Positions 1 to 7,425 of a DNA stretch of 64,000 nucleotides are shown piece by piece. Numbering within the stretch: position 1 is the first letter of the stretch; each line of letters opens with the position of its first letter. The stretch is from a virus. Taxonomy: Duplodnaviria; Caudoviricetes. A program made the position numbers and the translations under genes. The stretch is from IMG/VR virus record IMGVR_UViG_3300031998_000080, positions 832-64,831 of that record; one strand, 5' to 3'. The notes beneath the pieces were generated by a model. It searched no databases and had not been told where the DNA came from. It was given only the letters and a program-made list of their open reading frames with translations.

Positions 1-36
1 GGGGTAACCAAGTTCAGTAAATTCTTTGTAAGTCAT
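1..36 (-). CDS. Small cassette protein, 5' part only (MTYKEFTELGYP...), runs off the window
   Basis: ATG 9 nt after the CGGCCCTAA motif; frame open to the window edge. Confidence 0.5.
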   Translation of the reverse strand, partial: MTYKEFTELGYP

Positions 37-45
37 ATCAGTCAA

Positions 46-54
46 TTAGGGCCG
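46..54 (-). repeat. Cassette-junction motif CGGCCCTAA followed by TTGACTGAT-ATG
   Basis: Reads CGGCCC TAA T TGA C TGA T ATG on the minus strand. Confidence 0.9.
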
Positions 55-66
55 AAAGTAGATGAG

Positions 67-258
67 TTATTCCTTCGTTTCTACCTTTCTACGGGAAACA
101 CGGGTGACAACGCCACGCAGTTTGTTATCGTGAGGTTCAAGGGGTTCAAAGACCTTTTCAAGTTCTTCGGCTATGACTTCGGGAGTCATAAGGTCTTTTG
201 ATTTCACGGTGATGGTATAGACATACACCGGAAGCGGAAGAGAATTTTCTTTAATCAT
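67..258 (-). CDS. Small cassette protein, paralog of 56932..57090
   Basis: 63 aa; TPEVIAEELEKVFEP...KLRG aligns by eye with HPEVVAEELLNIFDP...KLHG. Confidence 0.75.
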   Translation of the reverse strand: MIKENSLPLPVYVYTITVKSKDLMTPEVIAEELEKVFEPLEPHDNKLRGVVTRVSRRKVETKE

Positions 259-406
259 AGTTCGTTATGCAAATAAATTGTTTGTCATCATCATAAGCGA
301 CGCATTTGGTCTCACCCCACACACCGTGATGAATATCATTGTCGATGAGGACTTCCATTTCCATTGGGAAGTCAAGAAGTTTCTTAATGAGTTCTTTGTT
401 TGTCAT
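251..406 (-). CDS. Small cassette protein (MTNKELIKKLLDFP..., 51 aa)
   Basis: Translated by hand; ATG 11 nt after motif; N-terminus resembles MKVKELIKIL of 2453..2635. Confidence 0.7.
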   Translation of the reverse strand: MTNKELIKKLLDFPMEMEVLIDNDIHHGVWGETKCVAYDDDKQFICITNYD

Positions 407-417
407 ATCTAATTTAA

Positions 418-426
418 TTAGGGCCG
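418..426 (-). repeat. Cassette-junction motif CGGCCCTAA
   Basis: Exact match, 11 nt upstream of ATG at 406. Confidence 0.9.
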
Positions 427-541
427 AAGGTGCGTGTCTTTCTACTGCACTCCTGGGAAATTACTCCGTGGTCTGTCACCCGTAGGTTCAGGGATTCAGG
501 AAAAGACAACTACTATAATCCCTTTTTCGTTTTTCGCACCG
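427..541. ncRNA. Candidate structured non-coding cassette between two motifs
   Basis: No ATG-started ORF on the array strand; nested complementary segments GGTGCG/CGCACC, GTCTTT/AAAGAC, TCCTG/CAGGA and crossing AGGGATT/AATCCCT. Confidence 0.4.
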
Positions 542-550
542 TTAGGGCCG
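542..550 (-). repeat. Cassette-junction motif CGGCCCTAA
   Basis: Exact match; left boundary of the 255-bp near-duplication. Confidence 0.9.
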
Positions 551-558
551 GGAATGAC

Positions 559-738
559 TTACTTCTTCGTCCTCGGGCCGAGTGTTCTGCACATAATCTG
601 CGTAACGAGGCAATCGAACTTCCCTTCCTCATTCAGCACATCGCAAACTGCACAATTAATCTCGTTAAGATACTCCTCGTCTATGCGGAAATCGTCCGGG
701 ATAGACAAGTCGATGATGATTCGTTTGGCTTTACTCAT
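559..738 (-). CDS. Small cassette protein (MSKAKRIIIDLSIPDD..., 59 aa), copy 1
   Basis: Hand translation; 3 of the 5 coding differences from copy 2 are synonymous. Confidence 0.75.
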   Translation of the reverse strand: MSKAKRIIIDLSIPDDFRIDEEYLNEINCAVCDVLNEEGKFDCLVTQIMCRTLGPRTKK

Positions 739-804
739 AGCGGTAGCAAGTTTGGTGAATTTAGACTTTCATAAAGTTGGTATGGATTTATTCGTCAATA
801 TCTT

Positions 805-999
805 TCATATTCTTTTAATTGAAATTTCTACTGCGATGGGGTCATCGTCCCAAGACAGTTCTGGTAAAAACTCGTTCGGTTGTTTCATCCTTCCGTGACC
901 CACCCAATAATCATCTCCGTTCGGATTTGTGAATCTATGTGGGACACCTAAAAAGAAGTTTAGCCTCCCGTTTTCGTCTCTTGCGGCATATCCTTTCAT
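805..999 (-). CDS. Small hypothetical cassette protein
   Basis: 64-aa ORF, ATG 11 nt after motif. Confidence 0.75.
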   Translation of the reverse strand: MKGYAARDENGRLNFFLGVPHRFTNPNGDDYWVGHGRMKQPNEFLPELSWDDDPIAVEISIKRI

Positions 1000-1010
1000 A
1001 ACTCAATCAT

Positions 1011-1019
1011 TTAGGGCCG
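1011..1019 (-). repeat. Cassette-junction motif CGGCCCTAA followed by ATGATTGAGTT-ATG
   Basis: Directly abuts the stop codon of 1020..1349. Confidence 0.9.
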
Positions 1020-1349
1020 TTACTTACCACATTTCTTAAAAATATAAGTATAAGTAGTGTCCATATCTCTACCACTTCTAATAGTTATAGTGGTGTCAAT
1101 TTGAGGGGGAATAGATGTAACAATTTCTATTGGATGTGTCTTTTCGTATACCTCATGGCTATGTTCATTTATTCGTTTAATTAGAAAAATCCATAAACCA
1201 AGCATTGCTATTCCACATACTAATATCAAAACATTTTTGAACGAAAAGCCACAAACATCAGCGTCAATCCATCCATAACAAAAAACTGAAAATCCTAAAA
1301 TATAAAGAAGGACCAGACAAATTGCCAGTATGGTTCCTATGATTGTCAT
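1020..1349 (-). CDS. Hypothetical membrane protein (two predicted TM segments)
   Basis: Two hydrophobic N-terminal stretches. Confidence 0.7.
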   Translation of the reverse strand: MTIIGTILAICLVLLYILGFSVFCYGWIDADVCGFSFKNVLILVCGIAMLGLWIFLIKRINEHSHEVYEKTHPIEIVTSIPPQIDTTITIRSGRDMDTTYTYIFKKCGK

Positions 1350-1351
1350 AG

Positions 1352-1507
1352 CTATTTCGCTTGGTGAAACTTATCGGATATTTCTATCCCAACATTTAAC
1401 TCCGCTTCGTAGGCTTCACAGAGAAGAAGCGTCATTTTCTCAATGAGGGGACGGATGCTTTTCTCATTTTTGTCACGCATGAGTTCGCGTAATTCTTTCT
1501 GTGTCAT
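1352..1507 (-). CDS. Small hypothetical protein (MTQKELRELMRDK..., 51 aa)
   Basis: Hand translation; fills the gap in the operon. Confidence 0.6.
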   Translation of the reverse strand: MTQKELRELMRDKNEKSIRPLIEKMTLLLCEAYEAELNVGIEISDKFHQAK

Positions 1508-1528
1508 TTGTTTTCCTCCTTTCTTGCG

Positions 1529-1744
1529 TTAAGGGCAAGGAAATGAATTGATGTGTTTGATTAGTGTTTCAATAGCATAGGCGAAGTCCTCACTCACTCC
1601 AATCTTCTCCCAATTCTTCGCCCACTCCAAGAGATCGTCCTTGCGAATGTATTCGGTGGCCCCGGGAGAATCTTCCGTATCAAAGTGATTGCTCGGCACA
1701 TTCAGCCACTTGCCGGGAATGTAAATCTTGTCTGGGGTATTCAT
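1529..1744 (-). CDS. Hypothetical phage protein
   Basis: 71-aa ORF in the operon (PDKIYI...TEYIRKD). Confidence 0.7.
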   Translation of the reverse strand: MNTPDKIYIPGKWLNVPSNHFDTEDSPGATEYIRKDDLLEWAKNWEKIGVSEDFAYAIETLIKHINSFPCP

Positions 1745-1745
1745 T

Positions 1746-1907
1746 TCAGTTCTCGATTCTAATGTTAATCACCCACCCCGTGTCGTTACTTCCTGCTGGA
1801 TCAAAAGATATGTCCACATCCCGCCCTTCAAACTTCAGCGGAATATGTGCGGTGTTGAATTGACGCTGACATAAGTCTGCTTTCTGTATCAGTTCGGCGA
1901 GTGTCAT
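1746..1907 (-). CDS. Small hypothetical protein (MTLAELIQKADLCQRQFN..., 53 aa)
   Basis: Hand translation; tightly packed with neighbours. Confidence 0.6.
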   Translation of the reverse strand: MTLAELIQKADLCQRQFNTAHIPLKFEGRDVDISFDPAGSNDTGWVINIRIEN

Positions 1908-1909
1908 GG

Positions 1910-2450
1910 CTACGATTGCTTCAATTGTTCAAGACAGTAGTGGAGTTCTGCGACTTTATCTGCGATGGCAACATACTTATATTTCCGAAGTACATTCTCT
2001 GCGTTCATCAAGTCTTTCATCTGTTCCTCGCTCGGTTTCCAATGAGGCTGGGGGACGGAGGGATTTGAGCCTTTCTTCAAGCCACGCTGAAATGAAACTC
2101 GCGTCCCACTGGTCGGTTCGTTGATACTTTTGAAGGGCATTCTTACAAACAAGGAGATATTGTTCATCCTCCTCGCTCCACTCTGCGGGCTTCTGCTCTT
2201 TCTGCTTTTCGAGCCAAGTGAGCCACGGTTCGTAGATTGACAACATAACCTTGTCATCTTTGTTCATCCTAACAAGGTCTTTACAATGGCCAATCAACTC
2301 CTTCCTTATCCTCTCGTCCTCGCTCTCGCGGAGTTCGGGGAATACGGATTCAAGACAGATTTTCTCCTTATCGGTGCACCCGTCCTTTATCCACTGCGTC
2401 GCGGTTTGCAGGACCGCCTTGTATGATTTCTCGTAGTCAAAATTTTCCAT
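1910..2450 (-). pseudogene. QKPAEWSEEDE-type phage protein with an apparent single-base frameshift at a G5 run (2050-2054)
   Basis: ORF 1977..2450 (...LKSLRP) joins ORF 1910..2257 (QPHWKPSEEQM...) if one base is removed. Confidence 0.6.
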
Positions 2451-2452
2451 AA

Positions 2453-2635
2453 CTATTCCGCTATTGCTTTGATGATGATATCTCCGAAATCGACGGGGGT
2501 TGCGTTTGAGATATGTTCCTCTTTGGTGAGAGGGCGAATGTTGGTTGGTTTATAGAGGTCGTTGACCGCTTGGATGACCACCCTTTTCTCCTCGTCGAAC
2601 TGACCCAAAATCTTTATGAGTTCCTTTACTTTCAT
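2453..2635 (-). CDS. Small hypothetical protein
   Basis: 60-aa ORF, overlaps the upstream gene (ATGA). Confidence 0.7.
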   Translation of the reverse strand: MKVKELIKILGQFDEEKRVVIQAVNDLYKPTNIRPLTKEEHISNATPVDFGDIIIKAIAE

Positions 2636-3000
2636 AATTCGATCTCTTTGCTATATCGTTCGGGAATCTCGACGGTCTCCCCATTCATCGGTTCGGAATA
2701 GTAGTAGTCAAACACCTCGGCGTGTCCGTCCTCCTCATCATCTTTCACCTCCACCGTATCAGCATCGTAAAAGAGGCTGTCAAGAGTGTAGTCATACCTC
2801 GTGTTGTACTTCTCGAATACATCGCCAATCAGTTTCAGCGCCTCGTCAAGAGTGTCAGCCGCCACATCGAAAGTAGCCTCCTGGTAGCACTCATACTCCA
2901 CATCGTAGCATCCGCTACCTCTCCAGTACGGGGGGCAGTTGACATCCTTCACCCAGAAATGACCGAAGGCGCAAGTCTCAATCTTGTATATGTGTTTCAT
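2632..3000 (-). CDS. Acidic hypothetical protein
   Basis: 122-aa ORF in the operon. Confidence 0.75.
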   Translation of the reverse strand: MKHIYKIETCAFGHFWVKDVNCPPYWRGSGCYDVEYECYQEATFDVAADTLDEALKLIGDVFEKYNTRYDYTLDSLFYDADTVEVKDDEEDGHAEVFDYYYSEPMNGETVEIPERYSKEIEL

Positions 3001-3004
3001 TTAT

Positions 3005-3214
3005 TTAAGTTATCTGTAAAATGTCATTCTCTTCTTTTTCAAGCATTTGCTCGTAGAGGATGAATTCTTCATTTGGGTTGTAGTGGTCGTCGTAGTCAGG
3101 ATCAAACGGACTCTTTCCCAGGTTTTTGTTGTGTGGTCGTCGTGTCATTTGAAAACGCTTTAAATTGAACTCGGTAGTTCGGATATTTAACGAGCATGTC
3201 GGTGTAATGTTCAT
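3005..3214 (-). CDS. Small hypothetical protein (true start possibly later, MTRRPHNK)
   Basis: ORF track; DPDYD motif. Confidence 0.55.
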   Translation of the reverse strand: MNITPTCSLNIRTTEFNLKRFQMTRRPHNKNLGKSPFDPDYDDHYNPNEEFILYEQMLEKEENDILQIT

Positions 3215-3305
3215 AGGCTTTCTTTTCGTCGTGGAAGGTCTGCCATGATATAGTGTAATCCAGGTACGAGCCCGGTATGGAGACGATGACGTGGTATAAT
3301 ATCAT
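3102..3305 (-). CDS. Small hypothetical protein
   Basis: 67-aa ORF coupled to the upstream gene. Confidence 0.6.
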   Translation of the reverse strand: MILYHVIVSIPGSYLDYTISWQTFHDEKKAYEHYTDMLVKYPNYRVQFKAFSNDTTTTQQKPGKESV

Positions 3306-3565
3306 AGCCCTTTTGTTAAATTCTTTTCAAGCTCATAGAGAGAACTCATTGCTTTCTCGTAGAATCTATCTACCGAATCTGAATCAAGAACGGCGACATT
3401 CTGTGTCGCCAGAGCTGGATGCACATTTTTCACAACGGTTACTTCCATATCTTCTCTCATTTCATCTTGGATTCCAACGCTGATTACCTCGAAGTCTCGA
3501 GCTGTATCAACGTACTGCTTCATTGCCCAGGCGGGCCTCTCTTGGATTAAATTATTCTCTTTCAT
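3302..3565 (-). CDS. Hypothetical protein
   Basis: 87-aa ORF with ATGA overlaps. Confidence 0.7.
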   Translation of the reverse strand: MKENNLIQERPAWAMKQYVDTARDFEVISVGIQDEMREDMEVTVVKNVHPALATQNVAVLDSDSVDRFYEKAMSSLYELEKNLTKGL

Positions 3566-4152
3566 TTCTTTTCCTCCTCACCCTTGAAGTTGTACTTTGG
3601 CCCCCACGTCGGTACAAACATTCCCTTCTCCTTCTGCGCCTGAATCTCTTTCCACAGCCGTTCGTTCGCCTCCTTGTTCTCCTTCTCTATCTGCCGTGTC
3701 AAGATGCGGTGCGCCTCCAGTTTCTTCTCGGACGCCATGTACGATTTTAGGAAGCCGAGCAGGGTTTTCGGTGTCAGCCCTCGGAACTCCCCGTACACGC
3801 CCGTAACGCCAAGTCTCAACGCCTCTTGGATTTCGACCGAGGTAAGGTTGGAAATGGCGGGATCATCCATCATCGAAGCGTCGAGCACGTCGGTGTCAAT
3901 GGTCATCAGGTCCCATGAGGGAATGTTCTCTGGTCTTGTGTGGACGAGGACGTGGCACGCACCTATCTGTCGGAACAGCCACTGCTTCCGCTTATCCTCG
4001 TCGCCCTGCCGGTATCTCCGTGCGTTCGGGGAGAGAAGGTGCTGTGCGAGCAGTTCGGCAGAGCCGATTCTACTGTTCGTCCGCACCATCTTCCCCGCTT
4101 CCTGACGGAACTCCATAGGCACTTGGACCGCCATATCGGTATCGTTGTTCAT
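3562..4152 (-). CDS. Replication-module protein (possible helicase loader or initiator partner)
   Basis: Directly downstream of the initiator-like gene; function inferred from position only. Confidence 0.45.
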   Translation of the reverse strand: MNNDTDMAVQVPMEFRQEAGKMVRTNSRIGSAELLAQHLLSPNARRYRQGDEDKRKQWLFRQIGACHVLVHTRPENIPSWDLMTIDTDVLDASMMDDPAISNLTSVEIQEALRLGVTGVYGEFRGLTPKTLLGFLKSYMASEKKLEAHRILTRQIEKENKEANERLWKEIQAQKEKGMFVPTWGPKYNFKGEEEKK

Positions 4153-4696
4153 AATGAGCGTCTGCTTTTTCTATGTTCTCTTTGAGTATGTCTATGCTCG
4201 TTTTCGCCTTGCGGTTGTCGTAGTTCCCCTCGAGCACCTTCGTCCAGTTGGTGCCGTTGGAGAACAGCCAGTCGAACGTGGCGACCCACCTGCCGGATGC
4301 GCCCGTGCAGAAGTCCGACTCGTTAATCTTTCGGATGCACTCCCGTATCATGTCCTTCGCCTTGTCCCATCCTCCCATTTCCTTCACCCTCATGCGAATC
4401 TTCTCCTTCCTCGCTTTCGAGAGGTCCCGCACCTTCGGCACGTTCCCCTTCGCCGATGCGTTCCAGAGGAAAAGGACGCTCTGGTAGTCTATGTATTCCC
4501 GTTTTTCACGTTGTTCCTCGGTCTCCTTCTCGGTCTCGGCTGATTCGGATTCGGTTTCCGTTTCCTCTATCACGTTCCCGTAGGCCCATTCGACGAGCCG
4601 TTCTGCTTCCTCGAGGTCGTTCGTAGCGGCGTATGCGATGACACGGACGAGAGCCAGCGTGTCATCTTTGATTGTCAGTTTCGGTTCTTGTGGCAT
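4070..4696 (-). CDS. Phage replication initiator-like protein
   Basis: C-terminal ...RWVATFDWLF...NWTKVLEGNYDN motif typical of phage replisome organisers. Confidence 0.65.
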   Translation of the reverse strand: MPQEPKLTIKDDTLALVRVIAYAATNDLEEAERLVEWAYGNVIEETETESESAETEKETEEQREKREYIDYQSVLFLWNASAKGNVPKVRDLSKARKEKIRMRVKEMGGWDKAKDMIRECIRKINESDFCTGASGRWVATFDWLFSNGTNWTKVLEGNYDNRKAKTSIDILKENIEKADAHYEQRYRYGGPSAYGVPSGSGEDGADEQ

Positions 4697-4832
4697 TTCT
4701 TCTCAGTTTTTTGGTGAGCAGTGCCGCCTTCCTCGCGTTCTCCCTCTCCCTGACGGAATCGCCCCTTGTTCGGGACAGTGCGTCAAGGAGACGGAGAGCA
4801 AGCGAGAAATCGGCGTTGGATATTCTTTTCAT
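4662..4832 (-). CDS. Small basic protein (MKRISNADFSLALRLL..., 56 aa)
   Basis: Hand translation; ATG overlaps the upstream stop. Confidence 0.55.
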   Translation of the reverse strand: MKRISNADFSLALRLLDALSRTRGDSVRERENARKAALLTKKLRRNATRTETDNQR

Positions 4833-5269
4833 CAGAACGGGAGATCGGATTCATCATCCTCGGCGGTCGCCTGCGGTTGGTATGCCGGTGCGCTCGGAGG
4901 GAGTTCGGTCTGCTTCGGCTCGGAGGGTGTCTCTTCCTCCTTCTTGTCGGGGTCGTACACGCCCCACACGTTGTTCTTCCCGAACCACTTGCCATTGTAT
5001 TCACGGGCGGTGGGCGAGTAAGTAACCCGCAGTCTCGCACCAATCTCGGTGGCGAGTACCACGTTCACCTTGTCCACCCCGAAGGCGTTGAACATGATGT
5101 GGTCATCCTTGCCCGTTGCGGTGGTGTACTTGAGGACAAAGTCCACGGACAGCCATTCGTCCCCGTTCCTCGTTCGCCCCGACCTGGGGTCTCCCACCCA
5201 GACGAGCTCTCCCTCGAAGGGCGCTGTGTCATTCGTTTTCATCTTCTTCTTTGCTTTCATTGATTTCAT
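4832..5269 (-). CDS. DUF3127-like OB-fold ssDNA-binding protein
   Basis: GTRNGDEW, FNAFGVDKV, AREYNGKWF motifs and an acidic DDESDLPF tail. Confidence 0.8.
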   Translation of the reverse strand: MKSMKAKKKMKTNDTAPFEGELVWVGDPRSGRTRNGDEWLSVDFVLKYTTATGKDDHIMFNAFGVDKVNVVLATEIGARLRVTYSPTAREYNGKWFGKNNVWGVYDPDKKEEETPSEPKQTELPPSAPAYQPQATAEDDESDLPF

Positions 5270-6140
5270 CTATGTTCTTGTTTTTGAGCAGGAAGGTACG
5301 CCCACGGGCGCCGGACTTCCACGTTGCGAGAGTCTTTCCTTCGTAGATGAGGGACTCGGCTTCGCCCATGTAGAGTTTCAGCGAATCCTTCAATGCGTCC
5401 GCGTCGGTTTCGAGGGCCGCCTTCTGTGTGTTCAGGCTTACGAGGGAGAGCAGATTCGCAACCGCCTCGTCGTCCGCCTCTATGGTGGTGCCCGGGTCGC
5501 TTCCCTTCATCACGAAGTCTGCTACGGAAATGAGTTCCGGCTCTTTCCCGCCGAGGACACAATCGTTCCAGAAGGCGTCCACCTGCTCGCCGATGAAGTT
5601 TGCGAAGGTCTCGTCCCATTCGACGGGTGCGTGTCCGAAGTACCGCCCGTTGGTCAGCCAACAGAGTTCGCACTTATGTATGCCCGTTATGAGCATCTGA
5701 TATTCACATTGTGCGACGTAGTAGACGGGCAGATCGTCTGGGTCGAACTCCATTGAGGACGTCTTGATTTCGAGAAGCATCTTCTCCTTCTTCCCTGACC
5801 ACGGACTTACGCTGTATGCGATGCGGTCGGGCGTGCACTTTCTCCACGGCTTCTCTGCGTCTTGGTAGATGATATCCTTTGCGGACGCTTTGACCGCCCT
5901 GCCACCAGTCTCTTCTTCCCAAAGGGAGACAACTACGGGCTCGAGCAAATGACCCAGACGCATCGCAAGGTTTTCCTCGAGCGGGGGGACCTGCTTTGTC
6001 TTTCGCAGATAGAGACTGAATGGTGTCTCCCAGGGGCTCAGTCCTAAGATTGCGCTCACCTCGGAGGCACCGATTCCGTCCTCTCTCGCCTTGAGCCATT
6101 CGTCATGGCTCGCCGGCTTGATGATGTTGGGTTTCATCAC
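5229..6140 (-). CDS. YqaJ-like viral recombinase exonuclease
   Basis: EWLKAREDGIGASEVSAILGLSPWET, TPDR, EIKT, YYVAQCEYQM motifs. Confidence 0.9.
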   Translation of the reverse strand: MMKPNIIKPASHDEWLKAREDGIGASEVSAILGLSPWETPFSLYLRKTKQVPPLEENLAMRLGHLLEPVVVSLWEEETGGRAVKASAKDIIYQDAEKPWRKCTPDRIAYSVSPWSGKKEKMLLEIKTSSMEFDPDDLPVYYVAQCEYQMLITGIHKCELCWLTNGRYFGHAPVEWDETFANFIGEQVDAFWNDCVLGGKEPELISVADFVMKGSDPGTTIEADDEAVANLLSLVSLNTQKAALETDADALKDSLKLYMGEAESLIYEGKTLATWKSGARGRTFLLKNKNIDEINESKEEDENE

Positions 6141-7024
6141 TCCTGATTTCCGAAGATTTCACCCGTCTCTGTGTCTGCGCCCTCGTCCTCCTTCGCCACG
6201 CGGTTAGCGGAACGGCGGGCCTTCATCGCTTCGACCTGCTCTTTCACGGCGTTCGCCTTTTCCTGCGCCGATTCGGACTGCACCGGCTGTGGCTGTTCGT
6301 CGGGAGTGTTGTCCGCATAGGTGGAGACGTTGTTCGCATCTGTTACGGACTGGTCATCACGGATAGCCTTCTGGAGTTCTGCGGACTTGGGGCAGAATTT
6401 CACGATAAGATTCTTGAGGACGGTCTTGAGGCACATGGCATCAAAATTATCTTTCCATATCCCGTAGCCCTTTTTGAATGTTTGAGAATAGCGCAGGGCG
6501 TGGGCCTTGCACTCTTCCACCGTCCAGTACACGGTCTTTTCAAAGCCATTGACGAGCTTGATGTACGCCATGTAGCCGATTACCTTGTCGGAGGTCTTTG
6601 CGTCCTCGTCGAACACATACTCGCCGGTAAACTTGTTCTTCTTGACAAGTTCCCCTTCGTGCACGATCTCGTTTGCGATGAACTTGACCTGTCCCGTACG
6701 CATGGCGAGTTCGACCCACCCGTTACGCATGATTTGGAACGAGGCGTTCTCTCCGTAGGGGATGACCGCCGCGAATCCCATGTTGCTCTCAATCGGGAGA
6801 CCGAGAGGAACAGACTTGAGCGCCGCGTGGAACACGGACATCGGCTTGCATTTCTGGAGGTTGGTGTCGTTCGCAACGACAGAGATAAGGGAGGTCATAA
6901 AGTTCTCCCTCGATTTCGGCTCTGCGAGTACGTCTGCGATGTACTGCTGTGCGCCCGCCCCGTAGAGTTGGGACTTGAATTTTTGCATCGGTCCCTGCTG
7001 GACCTGCGTGATTTCGTTTGCCAT
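6137..7024 (-). CDS. recT: RecT-family single-strand annealing recombinase
   Basis: LQKCKPMSV, LGLPIESNMGFAAVIPY, MCLKTVLKNLI motifs; paired with YqaJ. Confidence 0.88.
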   Translation of the reverse strand: MANEITQVQQGPMQKFKSQLYGAGAQQYIADVLAEPKSRENFMTSLISVVANDTNLQKCKPMSVFHAALKSVPLGLPIESNMGFAAVIPYGENASFQIMRNGWVELAMRTGQVKFIANEIVHEGELVKKNKFTGEYVFDEDAKTSDKVIGYMAYIKLVNGFEKTVYWTVEECKAHALRYSQTFKKGYGIWKDNFDAMCLKTVLKNLIVKFCPKSAELQKAIRDDQSVTDANNVSTYADNTPDEQPQPVQSESAQEKANAVKEQVEAMKARRSANRVAKEDEGADTETGEIFGNQE

Positions 7025-7039
7025 ATTACATTGATTGAT

Positions 7040-7267
7040 TTAGAGCCAGTATGCTTTCACTCTCTTGCCCGACTCGGTGGTTACGAACTCGGACTTGACG
7101 GCGTAGCCCATTTCTTTGATATCGGCTATGCGGGCGCCGAGCCGGAAACTACCGAAGATTCGAAGGGCATCGAGGGGTGTGATTCGGTTTCCCTCTTTCA
7201 GGTACTCGAGAATCCGCTTCGCCTGGGATGCGGAACTCTTTTCATTGGGGTCAAAATTGTCTTTCAT
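7040..7267 (-). CDS. Winged HTH DNA-binding protein
   Basis: ITPLDALRIFGSFRLGARIADIK motif. Confidence 0.8.
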   Translation of the reverse strand: MKDNFDPNEKSSASQAKRILEYLKEGNRITPLDALRIFGSFRLGARIADIKEMGYAVKSEFVTTESGKRVKAYWL

Positions 7268-7425
7268 TTCCTATTGGTATTAAGGTTATCAGTTTTCGAC
7301 TTGTCGAGTATCATCTGCCTGCCGTTGTCCATGCGGACGAGCAGGACGGACGGGAGTTCCTTCTCCACGACTCCATGGCAGACGGCGTTCACGGACTGCC
7401 AGCTGATGCGTTCGCCCTCCCTCAT
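7264..7425 (-). CDS. Small hypothetical protein (MREGERISW...)
   Basis: C-terminal part of ORF 7264..7572, coupled ATG. Confidence 0.55.
   Translation of the reverse strand: MREGERISWQSVNAVCHGVVEKELPSVLLVRMDNGRQMILDKSKTDNLNTNRK

Larger units (their letters stand above)
542..796. repeat. 255-bp near-duplicate, copy 1 (copy 2 at 63746..64000)
   Basis: Manual alignment gives 6 mismatches in 255 bp; sequences to the left are unrelated. Confidence 0.95.

Noticed and set aside
46-1019. CRISPR or mini-CRISPR array formed by the repeated motif
   Set aside because: The repeat is only about 9-20 bp, spacing is irregular (125-470 bp), spacers are genes, and no cas genes are present
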